Source: a virus | DNA: 64,000 nt | Strand: one strand, 5' to 3' | IMG/VR virus record: IMGVR_UViG_3300010403_000001 | Location: 1 to 64,000 of that record | In this document: piece after piece, positions 47,484 to 57,321 of the stretch | Position numbering within the stretch: the stretch's first letter is position 1 | How the letters are laid out: each line of letters starts with the position of its first letter | Program-made: the position numbers and the translations under genes | The notes under the pieces: generated by a model | Databases searched by the model: none | What the model saw: the letters and a program-made list of their open reading frames with translations, nothing else | What the model was told of the DNA's origin: nothing

Positions 47484-47846
47484 ATGAAAACAATAATAGC
47501 AGGCAGTAGAGACATCACTGATTACGATAAAGTGGGCACATTGCTCGATATCATCCATTTAACATGGAGGGAACGTGGCATGGAAATTAGTGAGGTGGTT
47601 AGTGGATGTGCACGTGGTGTCGATACACTGGGCGAGCGATGGGCTAATGAGCTCAAGATACCAATCAAGCAATTCCCTGCTGATTGGAAGAAATACGGGA
47701 GAGCGGCCGGACCTATACGCAATAAGCAAATGGCTGAGTATGCTGAGGCGCTTATTGCGATTAAGCACAAGGTCAGTGCCGGCACAGATGATATGATCAA
47801 ACAGGCCAAGGCAAAGGGCTTAATGATCATTGTGCACATTATATGA
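47484..47846 (+). CDS. SLOG / DUF2493 (YspA-like) protein
   Basis: IIAGSRD, VVSGCARGVD..GERWA, ADWKKYGRAAGPIRNKQM. Confidence 0.85.
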   Translation: MKTIIAGSRDITDYDKVGTLLDIIHLTWRERGMEISEVVSGCARGVDTLGERWANELKIPIKQFPADWKKYGRAAGPIRNKQMAEYAEALIAIKHKVSAGTDDMIKQAKAKGLMIIVHII

Positions 47847-48098
47847 AAGATGGCCTTTATCAGGTCACTACACCCTATCTATGTGCAGGGTTTGTGATTG
47901 AGAATGGCCGGGTAACGCAATGTGCACCGATACTGCGCAGGAGAATAGCGTATTGGATGACCATTGCTAAACCAGTAAATCAAACAACAACAGGAAAACA
48001 AACCAATGATAATCACAACTATGGCGGTATTGGTCCCCACGGCGATATTCGCCTTGGTGATCACAGTAGTAAACTATTACAACACATAAAAGAACAAC

Positions 48099-48407
48099 AT
48101 GAATAATGAAAAGACATTTGAAGAGAATGTTGCTGAATTACTAACCAAGGGAATTCAGCAATACAGGGAGTACCTAAAAACTGACGAGCATCCAATCAAG
48201 ATCACACTGGAATTGCACCCATGGGAGGATGGCCTGCAGTGGACTATCCGTGGCCATATTCCGGACGGCTGTAAAACTAATCCATCGATGATCCTATTCA
48301 CTCAATTCATCAAAGAACGAATCGTTGAAGCCTGTAAGCCACCACCGGGTCTTTTCCCAGAGCAAGTAGAAATAACACCAACAACAAGAAAGGAAACAGA
48401 AACATGA
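48099..48407 (+). CDS. Hypothetical protein
   Basis: 102 aa. Confidence 0.5.
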   Translation: MNNEKTFEENVAELLTKGIQQYREYLKTDEHPIKITLELHPWEDGLQWTIRGHIPDGCKTNPSMILFTQFIKERIVEACKPPPGLFPEQVEITPTTRKETET

Positions 48408-48408
48408 A

Positions 48409-49089
48409 ATGAAGATAGGAGATAGAGTACAATTAATCAATGAAGACGCACTTAAGAAAATGGGTATTCACCCGTCCAAGTGCGGTCAGTATGGTAAAGT
48501 CATTGGTCAATCAATACCATACACATCCTGGTGTGTAAGATTAGATAACCTGGAGCAATGGTATGTGACAGAAGACTGTATCAGACTCATTGAAATGAAA
48601 TCGGGAGATAAAATCATCCTCATTAACCAGGAACGGTTAAATGAAGTGAATTTGGGTAGATGGGAAGGAATGAGAGGAATGCTGGACATTCCCATGACTT
48701 CAGCCCAAATCGTTGCCTACTCACAAATGAGGGGTGAGAATGGATGGTGGGTGCAGATGGATGGTTGTCGCGGTTATGTCCCGATAAGCTGTATAAAGCT
48801 TGTAGAGCCAACGACCTGTTCGAATGAGCAGGATTTGCAATCAACAACAACAGTAACAACAATAAAACAGAAAGAACAAAACACAATGTTATACATAGTA
48901 AGAGTACTACGCAAGCCTTCAGTGAAGGCGCAAGAAGCAGGTGAAGTCGAGAGCATCCTAGTACCAGCCACGGAGATTGTGGCCAATGATGGATACGCTG
49001 CGGCATTCGCCGTCGGTGCGGCAAATACCGCCGCTATCAATGGTGTTAAATCACCGGAGCTTAAGGTCATCGTTAAGGAGATCGGCTAA
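48409..49089 (+). CDS. Two SH3-like domains fused in frame to a small C-terminal protein
   Basis: KIGDRVQLIN and KSGDKIILIN repeats; internal A/C-rich leader before ATG 48886. Confidence 0.55.
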   Translation: MKIGDRVQLINEDALKKMGIHPSKCGQYGKVIGQSIPYTSWCVRLDNLEQWYVTEDCIRLIEMKSGDKIILINQERLNEVNLGRWEGMRGMLDIPMTSAQIVAYSQMRGENGWWVQMDGCRGYVPISCIKLVEPTTCSNEQDLQSTTTVTTIKQKEQNTMLYIVRVLRKPSVKAQEAGEVESILVPATEIVANDGYAAAFAVGAANTAAINGVKSPELKVIVKEIG

Positions 49090-49090
49090 G

Positions 49091-49117
49091 CCGGAAAAGG
49101 GGTAATATTAACCCTTT
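49091..49117. promoter_or_regulatory. Operator-like palindrome, copy 3
   Basis: CCGGAAAAGGGGTAATATTAACCCTTT, adjacent to TTGACA at 49121. Confidence 0.6.
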
Positions 49118-49200
49118 AATTTGACACAATATTTGGCAATACAGTCCAATCCTGTATTGCCAAACTAATTAAACCTGAACCATTTACAACCATTTTCAAC

Positions 49201-50274
49201 ATGAAGAACACACATTATCTAAAACCAAGATTTGGACAAGAAATCGCCAATAGGCAGAGCTCTAATCACAATGCCTATTGGACGGTATTTAAACGATGGC
49301 CCAATGAGATTAACTGGAAAATCGAAAACCCTAAATATCCGGAATACTTGGATGTCTGTTTAGAGGCTGAGGGTTTCACCGTGGAAGTACGAACGGTGAC
49401 AAATCCAGGGGAAAAGATGGACAATCGGTATGAGGATCGTCATACCGATACCTTTATTAACAGGAAAAGGAAAGCATTCATCTCGCAAGCCAGTACCAAC
49501 GATCTCATGAAACTCAATATGCTTTTCCCTGTAGATTCAATGGACTATGCCCTGAGGATGCATAGACGCATTAACGATGCGGTTGGAACCACTGGGCCTG
49601 TATCCGGACGCGTTAATCTACTATCAATGGAATGCGGTGATTTCCTATTGGTTGGCGTAGATATCCCCAAACCCGAGGTGGATCTCGCCCTCAATTACGG
49701 ACACGCATTTATTGAAATAGATAAAGACATTAAGGATTTCATTAAGGGTAGGGAATCCGGTCTAGTACTATTGCATGGCATCAGTGGGTCTGGGAAGTCC
49801 ACGTACATCTATCACCTGATTCACGACTGTCGGCACAAGATGATCTTTATCCCAAACAACATGATCGCATCAATGTCCAATCCTGACTTTATAGCGTTCA
49901 TGTTGGAAAACGCCAAGGATTCAGTTCTCATTGTGGAGGATGCTGAAAAGGTTCTATTGAAGCGTGGAGGACCAGGGGATGCTGGCGTATCCACACTGCT
50001 TAATATTACCGATGGCATCCTTGGTAAGATTATCAGGTGCAAGGTCATTTGCACATTCAATATCGGGCGATCAGAGCTCGATGATGCATTGTTGCGCAAG
50101 GGCCGGCTACGCACGGAGCATGTGTTCGATAAACTTTCACCATGGGAGGCCAATAGATTATTGGAGCATCTTGGCAAGGAAAAGAGAACACACGAGCCCA
50201 TGATACTGGCTGATATTTACAATGAAACAGGCGGTACCGAAATCACCACATCAACAGTAGGATTTAAACCATGA
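49201..50274 (+). CDS. AAA+ ATPase
   Basis: LLHGISGSGKS, VLIVEDAE, LLNITDGILG, DALLRKGRL. Confidence 0.85.
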   Translation: MKNTHYLKPRFGQEIANRQSSNHNAYWTVFKRWPNEINWKIENPKYPEYLDVCLEAEGFTVEVRTVTNPGEKMDNRYEDRHTDTFINRKRKAFISQASTNDLMKLNMLFPVDSMDYALRMHRRINDAVGTTGPVSGRVNLLSMECGDFLLVGVDIPKPEVDLALNYGHAFIEIDKDIKDFIKGRESGLVLLHGISGSGKSTYIYHLIHDCRHKMIFIPNNMIASMSNPDFIAFMLENAKDSVLIVEDAEKVLLKRGGPGDAGVSTLLNITDGILGKIIRCKVICTFNIGRSELDDALLRKGRLRTEHVFDKLSPWEANRLLEHLGKEKRTHEPMILADIYNETGGTEITTSTVGFKP

Positions 50275-50512
50275 ATAGGAGGAAAAAAGATGAAAAGTAA
50301 GAAATACATAAAACATCGCAGAAGTAAGTATGCCTTCCCGACTAAAATTATCAAAGCATCCAGAGGCTCTGGTGGTCAAAGAAAGGGTGGCGTCATTAAG
50401 GGGGCTGATAAAGCGCTTAAGGATATTGAACACACACTTGGACGTGAACTGGAAGTGCATCACACTGAGCACCGTATAGGTGAGTGGGTATTCGCGGAAT
50501 TAAAGTCATGAC

Positions 50513-50860
50513 ATGAGGATGGGTCATTGGATTCTTGATGAAAACAGAATCCCAAGGCAGGTAGATCTTTATACCTGGGCTAAATGGATGGGGAAACTGG
50601 ATCGCATTGTCCGCCAGGAATGGGTGGGCAATATCTGGATCTCAACTGTATTCCTGGGTCTGGATTACAACTTCAGTAATACTGGTCCACCCATTCTATG
50701 GGAGACCATGATGTTCAGTAACCGTAAGAATGTAGATCAAAACTATCAGACTAGATGTGCTGGCTCATGGGAGCAGGCTGAAGCCATGCACGAAACCGCA
50801 GTAAGGGAAGCCTGCAAAATCGAACAAATTAACTATCAACCATTAGAACAAAGACAATGA
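50513..50860 (+). CDS. Phage protein (ISTVFLGLD..PILWETMMF)
   Basis: 115 aa. Confidence 0.65.
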   Translation: MRMGHWILDENRIPRQVDLYTWAKWMGKLDRIVRQEWVGNIWISTVFLGLDYNFSNTGPPILWETMMFSNRKNVDQNYQTRCAGSWEQAEAMHETAVREACKIEQINYQPLEQRQ

Positions 50861-51213
50861 AAGGAATAATAATACCAAAATTACCACGAAACGAAATGCC
50901 TGAAGGATTTAATTGGCTCACTGTCCTCAAAGACTTAGCCGACGGAGCACCAATAGACCAACAGTCATATACTAATCTTTGCACGATGTCTGGAAACTGG
51001 CCTACGTGCGCATGTGGACAAGCATGCTCCGCTTTATTAAAACCGGATGGAGATTGTGAGCCACGTGATGGTGAACTCTTCTCTCTTGGATTGAAGTTCC
51101 ATGGAAATATTGAATGCCGTCATTGGTCACAGGCTTTGAAGACATTCCATCAAATTGAGGAGCGATCATTCATACTGCTCAAAGATTTAGGTGCCATCGA
51201 TATAGAAGAATAA
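50857..51213 (+). CDS. WPTCACGQ-family protein, paralog 1
   Basis: Tandem paralog of 51243. Confidence 0.7.
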   Translation: MKGIIIPKLPRNEMPEGFNWLTVLKDLADGAPIDQQSYTNLCTMSGNWPTCACGQACSALLKPDGDCEPRDGELFSLGLKFHGNIECRHWSQALKTFHQIEERSFILLKDLGAIDIEE

Positions 51214-51242
51214 TAAACCACTAACCAATAGGAGAAAAGATA

Positions 51243-51602
51243 ATGAAAACATTAGTAATACCACCGCTTAAGGTGATGGAGGATGGGTATAATAAGTTGC
51301 CGAATGGATTCAATTGGCTAGCAGTACTCAAAGATCTCGCGGCCGGTGCCGTAATAGACGGGAATTCGTTCGATACCCTGGTAGAGATGGCCAATATGTG
51401 GCCTACGTGCGCATGTGGGCAGTTGTGCTCAGTTCTTCCACGAAAGGAGCCATATAATGAGCCCGTTGATCGAACGCTGTATTCTTTAGGGCTTGATTTC
51501 TGTTATGCAATTGAAGAGACCCGATGGACAGAAGCGATGGATTTATTCCATCAGATTGAGGCCCGGGCAACGGAACTTATTATAGAGATGGATCACAAAT
51601 GA
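51243..51602 (+). CDS. WPTCACGQ-family protein, paralog 2
   Basis: Shares GFNWL.VLKDLA.GA.ID and WPTCACGQ. Confidence 0.7.
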   Translation: MKTLVIPPLKVMEDGYNKLPNGFNWLAVLKDLAAGAVIDGNSFDTLVEMANMWPTCACGQLCSVLPRKEPYNEPVDRTLYSLGLDFCYAIEETRWTEAMDLFHQIEARATELIIEMDHK

Positions 51603-51868
51603 AATTCATAGCATGGTCCATCGTGATCTTTGGATGGATCATTTATGGGCTGATAATTATCGCACCATTCTTCGATCCGCATCCACATGATCCAATGCAA
51701 GACTTCTACATCTTATTTCATCCCAAGCCAGGTGATTGGATAGCAATACCGTTCATCATTCTAGCCCTAATCGGCTGGTATGCGGCGTGGGACTACCTTA
51801 AAGAGGAACGAAATAAAAAGAAACATGAAATACAAACTATACAGAGAGGGAACGCAGACAAAACTTGA
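51599..51868 (+). CDS. Small membrane protein
   Basis: Two hydrophobic segments. Confidence 0.55.
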   Translation: MKFIAWSIVIFGWIIYGLIIIAPFFDPHPHDPMQDFYILFHPKPGDWIAIPFIILALIGWYAAWDYLKEERNKKKHEIQTIQRGNADKT

Positions 51869-52151
51869 GTTCATTGATAATGCCAGAGGCATAGGACGAG
51901 AGATTACACCTGAGCGATCGCAGAAGGTTCATAATCATTCACCTGATGGGTTCGAATGGGGATACGGCGGAAGCGGGCCATCACAGACCGCGTTAGCCAT
52001 CCTATTGGATGCCATCAATAATGACGAAACAGCTTTCTCTCTACATCAAGCCTTCAAAATGGAATTCATTGCTGGGTTACCAGATGAAGGTGGAGAGATA
52101 TACCTTGGCGTTATCCTTGATTGGATAATCCAGCAAACACATGAATACTAA
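51825..52151 (+). CDS. DUF6166-like protein
   Basis: NHSPDGFEWGYGGSGPSQTALAILLD. Confidence 0.7.
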   Translation: MKYKLYREGTQTKLEFIDNARGIGREITPERSQKVHNHSPDGFEWGYGGSGPSQTALAILLDAINNDETAFSLHQAFKMEFIAGLPDEGGEIYLGVILDWIIQQTHEY

Positions 52152-52168
52152 AACCGAAAAACAAAACA

Positions 52169-52825
52169 ATGACACCAGAAGAATTAGACCAAAGCAGGAT
52201 CAGAATCGCGGGTCCCCCAGTAGGATACGACCCGCATCAGGGTGAGAGATCCAATTTCGATTGGATGGCTTACCAACTCAAAGAGTTAGAAAAAATCCTC
52301 GGCAAGGAAGCCACAGCGGATTGGCTTAACCGTCCGCATAGTCAGCTAATAGATAGTAGTCCTGTAGTCGTGACTGTGGATTATGATGATGATGAGGGAT
52401 GCCGCATTGTGGCACAACTCATTGTTGATCTTATCACTGACGCACCGTGCCGGCTAAATAGATGCAAACTGCCGGCACATGTCAGGACTTTTATTAAAAA
52501 GATGGAACCAGAAGCATTGAAATCACGGGTGACCACATCGAAACTCTTAACATTGATGTTCGATAGTGAATTCAGGAAATCAGATGGGCCTTCTGAGGGT
52601 TTGGATATTCTAATGGAATGCATAGCATCAATGTGCAATATCATTCATGATCAGAAATGGGATCTCATGAAAATGGTTATTCATGAGTTAAGGCAGAAAC
52701 TGCCTGACAGCAAATCACTTTTGTCTGTATCTGTGGTATTTGATGCTTTAGATTTCCAGAGGAAGACGTTGAGAGAAATGGCATCTTTGCAAGTCGGTGA
52801 AACCAAATTCATCCCAGTCATGTGA
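52169..52825 (+). CDS. Hypothetical protein with an Xre/MbcA-C-like segment
   Basis: ATADWLNRPHSQLIDSSP. Confidence 0.45.
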   Translation: MTPEELDQSRIRIAGPPVGYDPHQGERSNFDWMAYQLKELEKILGKEATADWLNRPHSQLIDSSPVVVTVDYDDDEGCRIVAQLIVDLITDAPCRLNRCKLPAHVRTFIKKMEPEALKSRVTTSKLLTLMFDSEFRKSDGPSEGLDILMECIASMCNIIHDQKWDLMKMVIHELRQKLPDSKSLLSVSVVFDALDFQRKTLREMASLQVGETKFIPVM

Positions 52826-53050
52826 GCAAATGGCAGCGAAACAAACCGGGTCGGCACGGCCAATTTCCGTGCTGACCCAACAACCAGAAAGGAGGAAATA
52901 TGGCATTATTTACTAATGTATTTTTCGATGCTGTAATGATAATTACGATCATTCTGATTCTATCAGAGATCGTGGTTCCGTTATGGCATGAAAAGCCATT
53001 TTTCCCATCAATCAGAAAACTGAAACAAATAATAAAGGAGACAAAAAACA

Positions 53051-54307
53051 ATGTTAGGAAAAACAATAGCAGTAGGAATAGTACTGATTCTTCTCGCGGT
53101 CCTGGTAAACCTCGGGAAGATCTTTGAGTACAACAAAATCGATTCCATCCTGGTCGTCCAACGGCTGGGAGGTAAGGTACATGTGTATACTGATGCTGGG
53201 TATAAACCCCAGAATTGGGGCACTGTTACCCATTACAAGAAATCAGCTCTACTGGATTTTAATCCAGCAGACAAGGCACCACCCATAAAGGTGAGATTCG
53301 CAGATGGCGGGCATGGAGATGTCGAAGGCAGTTGTCGTTTCGATCTACCATTAGAGGAAGCTAAAATGATTGATATCCATCAAACATTTGGCTCCCAGGA
53401 GGCAGTCGAGAAGCAGCTAGTCAGAACAACGGCGGAACGATCCATGTATATGACTGGGCCATTGATGACTTCTACAGAGTCATTCAGTGTCCGCCGTCAG
53501 GATCTGATCAATCTGTTTGAAGACCAGGCTGTTCATGGCGTATTTAAAACAATTCAGGTTCCGAAAGAGATAGAAGATCCGACAGTGCCCGGCGGGAAGA
53601 AATGGATCACGTCTCTGGATCTTAAGCGTGACAAAGACGGCAATATTGAGAGACAGGAAGTATCGCCGTTTGTCCGTTTCGGAGTCAACATGTACAACGT
53701 GGCGATTGTAGGAATCGCATACGAAGATATTGTTGAGAAACAGATAGGTCAACAGCAATCAGCCACTATTGCTGTGCAGATCGCCATCGCTAATACCAAA
53801 AAGGCAGAACAGGATGTCAAAACTACGGAAGCAATCGGTAGAGCAGACGCTACTAAATCCAAATGGGCTCAGGAAGTCATAAAAGCTACAGCTGTGACTT
53901 TGGCTCAACAAAATAAAGAGGTAGCCGAGACTGATGCCAATAGGGAGAAAGTCGTAGCAGAAACAGCAGCAAGGAGAGATCTGAACGTAGCGGAATTGAA
54001 TAAACAAGCGGCCGAACAGACCAAGCAGAAGTTGATCATGGAAGGTGAAGGTGAATCGACTAAGCGTAAGCTGATCATGGCGGCAGATGGCGCGTTAGCG
54101 ATCAAGCTGAATGCGTGGTTGGAAGCAAACCATGCGTATGCCAACGCATGGAGGGAGTACAAAGGCAATATCGTGCCAGGCGTAGTGTTCGGACAAGGGG
54201 CACAAGGTGGCAATAGTGCTGTCGGTCTGGTTGAACTCTTAACCACGAAACTTGCCAAAGACTTGTCACTTGATATGTCCTTCCAGGGACAACAACCACA
54301 ACGTTAA
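53051..54307 (+). CDS. SPFH / band-7 membrane protein
   Basis: N-terminal TM, IKVRFADGGHG, long A/E/K coiled coil. Confidence 0.85.
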   Translation: MLGKTIAVGIVLILLAVLVNLGKIFEYNKIDSILVVQRLGGKVHVYTDAGYKPQNWGTVTHYKKSALLDFNPADKAPPIKVRFADGGHGDVEGSCRFDLPLEEAKMIDIHQTFGSQEAVEKQLVRTTAERSMYMTGPLMTSTESFSVRRQDLINLFEDQAVHGVFKTIQVPKEIEDPTVPGGKKWITSLDLKRDKDGNIERQEVSPFVRFGVNMYNVAIVGIAYEDIVEKQIGQQQSATIAVQIAIANTKKAEQDVKTTEAIGRADATKSKWAQEVIKATAVTLAQQNKEVAETDANREKVVAETAARRDLNVAELNKQAAEQTKQKLIMEGEGESTKRKLIMAADGALAIKLNAWLEANHAYANAWREYKGNIVPGVVFGQGAQGGNSAVGLVELLTTKLAKDLSLDMSFQGQQPQR

Positions 54308-54403
54308 ATGGTAGACACAATCGTGATTATTGTAATGAGGTTTGCCGCGATTGTGTTCATTTGGTCATTATGTCGAAAGGATTAACAACACACAAAGAAG
54401 GAG

Positions 54404-54691
54404 GTGAGAAAAATGCGTAACATCATAGGAGTAGTCTTACTAGTCGTGGCAGTCGCACTCGGCACAGGAATTCGGCAAAATCAGGGACCGAAACCAGATG
54501 CCCCGTGTAAATCATGCGTGGTTCAAGGGCCGAAAACAGAAGTGCCATGCAGGGCATGCGTTGTTCAGGGTCCGAAGCCCAATGGGCCATGCAGAGCGTG
54601 TGTCGCTATCAATGCGCGTAACCAGGCAATCATAGATGCCGACTTGCGTCGCGGTCACGTCGCCCATGTCGGTGGAGTGCCGGTGAATTGA
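54404..54691 (+). CDS. Exported peptide with three QGPK...PCxxCV repeats
   Basis: Signal-peptide-like N-terminus, 14-aa repeats, AAGGAGG SD. Confidence 0.6.
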   Translation: MRKMRNIIGVVLLVVAVALGTGIRQNQGPKPDAPCKSCVVQGPKTEVPCRACVVQGPKPNGPCRACVAINARNQAIIDADLRRGHVAHVGGVPVN

Positions 54692-54698
54692 GGTTTAT

Positions 54699-54735
54699 AA
54701 GTCCCATGTGGGAGTGCAGTCTCCCACTGGGGCTT
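54699..54735. terminator. Hairpin between convergent genes
   Basis: AAGTCCCA-T-GTGGGAG / CTCCCAC-TGGGGCTT. Confidence 0.55.
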
Positions 54736-55195
54736 AATTCTCTTTCAAGAACTGTATCAGATTCAGAATAATATCTGGTCGTCTGTCTTGAGTTAAAAGC
54801 TCACCAAGGACGTACTGTGATTTATTAACAACACTGGGATCTGCTCCATTACCTGAAGTAGAGAATGTGCACTTGTGAAACTTATCCTTATTGACCCAGT
54901 ACTGGCCTTCCTCGGTCTCAATTATCAAGGCTAGTAATTGGTCTTTATTGGATGAGCACAGTGTAAATACCCTACTCCAGATGGGGCGGAACTTAATGTG
55001 CAGTTCATTCTGAACCATATTGCCATCCCTGAGCAATATGGCCGAGATGATCTTTCTGTCATGGTTGGTCACTGGCCGGATGGCCACAGGCTCCTGCCTG
55101 TTGGCCATCACGGCTAGGTCCAACAATCTGTCCTTTGCGCCACCCTGGATGGAGAAACCATTCTCCAGTTCAGGGAGCGTGAGGGTTAGTTTCAT
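54734..55195 (-). CDS. Hypothetical protein
   Basis: 153 aa, ATGA-coupled. Confidence 0.55.
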   Translation of the reverse strand: MKLTLTLPELENGFSIQGGAKDRLLDLAVMANRQEPVAIRPVTNHDRKIISAILLRDGNMVQNELHIKFRPIWSRVFTLCSSNKDQLLALIIETEEGQYWVNKDKFHKCTFSTSGNGADPSVVNKSQYVLGELLTQDRRPDIILNLIQFLKEN

Positions 55196-55902
55196 GCAGC
55201 CGGCGCAGTTTCTACACCAGCTGCAACTGCAGCTTCCTCCATGTTGACGATATGGTTATTAAGCGCGAATCCAAATTCACAGATTGCACTCAGTTCTTCC
55301 ATAATCTCTACCTGGTGATCCATGTCCATTGCTTTAACGCCTTCAAGTCCACCTACTCTGCGTGACCAGATATCAAATTCCTGGCGAATCCCTTGGACAG
55401 TGATTACACCAGTTTTCTGTTGCCTCGCAGCAGCTCTATCTACCACCTCACCTTCAGAGATAGAGAGCCGCAATTGGGTTGGTGTTAGACGTTGCTCTGA
55501 GGCTATACGCGCCCATTTAACTGTCTGTGGTTTACTGAGTTTAGCCTTCGATAGTTCAACATAGTGATCACCATCCAGGTTCTCGAACCTGACATTCCTT
55601 GGCACTGAATTGACGGCTATTGCAGCCTTCACGAATGTTGCTTCGAATTCTAATTGCTCCAGGGCTTCATCAACCTTGGCTGCACCCCATTTAGGTACAC
55701 CGAAAGCAATACAATCAGCTACTGTGATTGCAGCTTTGCGTTTGATGGTTTTGGCCAGCCGAAGGACCTCGCGCCATTGCTCAAAGGATACATCCGGACT
55801 GAATTCTATTCCGCCGGTTTGCGTATTGAGTTTGAATAGGCCTGAGGTTTCTCCGTTGACTACTTGTAGTTCGATTTCTGATCCATTGGTTTGTTCATTC
55901 AT
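55192..55902 (-). CDS. LmbU-like DNA-binding protein
   Basis: FSPDVSFEQW..ADCIAFG..KWG..VRFENLDGDHYVE..WARIA..LTPTQLR. Confidence 0.45.
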   Translation of the reverse strand: MNEQTNGSEIELQVVNGETSGLFKLNTQTGGIEFSPDVSFEQWREVLRLAKTIKRKAAITVADCIAFGVPKWGAAKVDEALEQLEFEATFVKAAIAVNSVPRNVRFENLDGDHYVELSKAKLSKPQTVKWARIASEQRLTPTQLRLSISEGEVVDRAAARQQKTGVITVQGIRQEFDIWSRRVGGLEGVKAMDMDHQVEIMEELSAICEFGFALNNHIVNMEEAAVAAGVETAPAA

Positions 55903-56597
55903 ATGTGTTCTCCATTAGTTTTTGATTTGAAAGTTTGATTACGCCAATGATTGTCCAGTGCGTTTGCTCGGTATTTTAATTTCGCTTCCTCACTTTTAGT
56001 TCCGTTTGCTGGTCGCTCAAGTTCGAGTAGATCACACCAGCTGTCCCGTTTTCTTCGTAACCATTCCGGAGAAACACCACATACTTTTGCTGAAGCTCGC
56101 ATAGAAGGAAAGCCATTTTCCGCTGCCAGACGCGGAATGGAATGAAGTAAAGCATGAACGCGAGCGCGTAAGTTGCCTTTTTCATCCTGAACCAAATAGC
56201 ATGATACACGACCCAGGAGATTAGCCCTGCTACGGATGAGCTCGTCCTCCATTGGTTTCCTAAGCCACGCAGTGGTTTCACGAATGATTTGAGCATACGC
56301 ATTCCGTTGTTCCGTGCTCCAGTTATATTTTTTGCCGAGTTCTTCTATAATGTAATCCACGTAATCGTCAATGGCGACCGCCATGTCTGGGGTGTGTGCA
56401 CTGGTGGAGAAATTATCATTGTAATCCAATGCCATCCCATTCTGATCAGGGACATCACAATGCAGTCCAAGCAGTGCAGCTTGTTCTTTGAATTCCGAGG
56501 GAGCACTCTCCCATGCGGCAGCATATTCTCGATCGTGGCGTACCTGGCGATCATTATAGCTGCCGTTGATACCCGTTCCGGGGGTTGAGTCCAACAT
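55899..56597 (-). CDS. Protein with C-terminal HTH, possible transcription regulator
   Basis: SMRASAKVCGVSPEWLRRKR. Confidence 0.5.
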   Translation of the reverse strand: MLDSTPGTGINGSYNDRQVRHDREYAAAWESAPSEFKEQAALLGLHCDVPDQNGMALDYNDNFSTSAHTPDMAVAIDDYVDYIIEELGKKYNWSTEQRNAYAQIIRETTAWLRKPMEDELIRSRANLLGRVSCYLVQDEKGNLRARVHALLHSIPRLAAENGFPSMRASAKVCGVSPEWLRRKRDSWCDLLELERPANGTKSEEAKLKYRANALDNHWRNQTFKSKTNGEHI

Positions 56598-56669
56598 GCG
56601 TGCTGGGATTCAGATCTATCATGATTCCAGGGCTACGCAAACTATTTTTAAAAAAGTTGAAAAAAAATC

Positions 56670-56699
56670 TGGACATGGTGAACCCGTATTTGGTAAAAT
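56670..56699 (+). promoter_or_regulatory. Possible sigma70-type promoter
   Basis: TGGACA-N18-TAAAAT with a TG extension and an A-rich upstream region. Confidence 0.45.
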
Positions 56700-56793
56700 T
56701 CTTTCCGAAGGAAAGAGGGAAGACTTGAGAGCGAGCGAAGGGATTCACGACGGTCTTCCCTGTTTCCTGAGGAAAGAAGGGTAGCAAATCATT

Positions 56794-57015
56794 ATGTATA
56801 GCCCAATGAAAATATATCGCGTAACATTAGATAGAAAAAACGGTGATGGTAGCGGAGGTTTCCAGTACTGTCGCACAAAGCGTGAAGCCAAATCTTTCTC
56901 AGACTCGGTTTCTAAGGATAACGAATGCAGAATCGACGTAATCGAGGTGAAAGTAAACGCTGTTGGTATCCTGAGCGCACTAAATAGTTACGGAGGGCAC
57001 CCCGACAATGGATAA
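56794..57015 (+). CDS. Hypothetical protein
   Basis: 73 aa downstream of the promoter. Confidence 0.5.
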   Translation: MYSPMKIYRVTLDRKNGDGSGGFQYCRTKREAKSFSDSVSKDNECRIDVIEVKVNAVGILSALNSYGGHPDNG

Positions 57016-57321
57016 CCCGTATCACGCTGTTTTACTAAAACATAGGATTTGGTGTGAAGCTGGGTCTCAACATTCAACCTGCTACGAATATGCAGCAAAG
57101 GTTTTGAATATCAATGGCAGGGAAACTTGTTTGTGCGAGGAACACGCTGACAGAATCGCTTTTGTTAGCAAATCATTATGTATAGACAACCAATATGGCT
57201 ACCACTCAGAGCAGAAGGTCGCATCGTGTATGAGTCAAAGGGGGACGAAATAGTTCTATTGAAAGATCCAGCTGATGCTCCGGGGTTCATTGAGAGATTC
57301 ACCACAGCGTGGTGTAACAGA

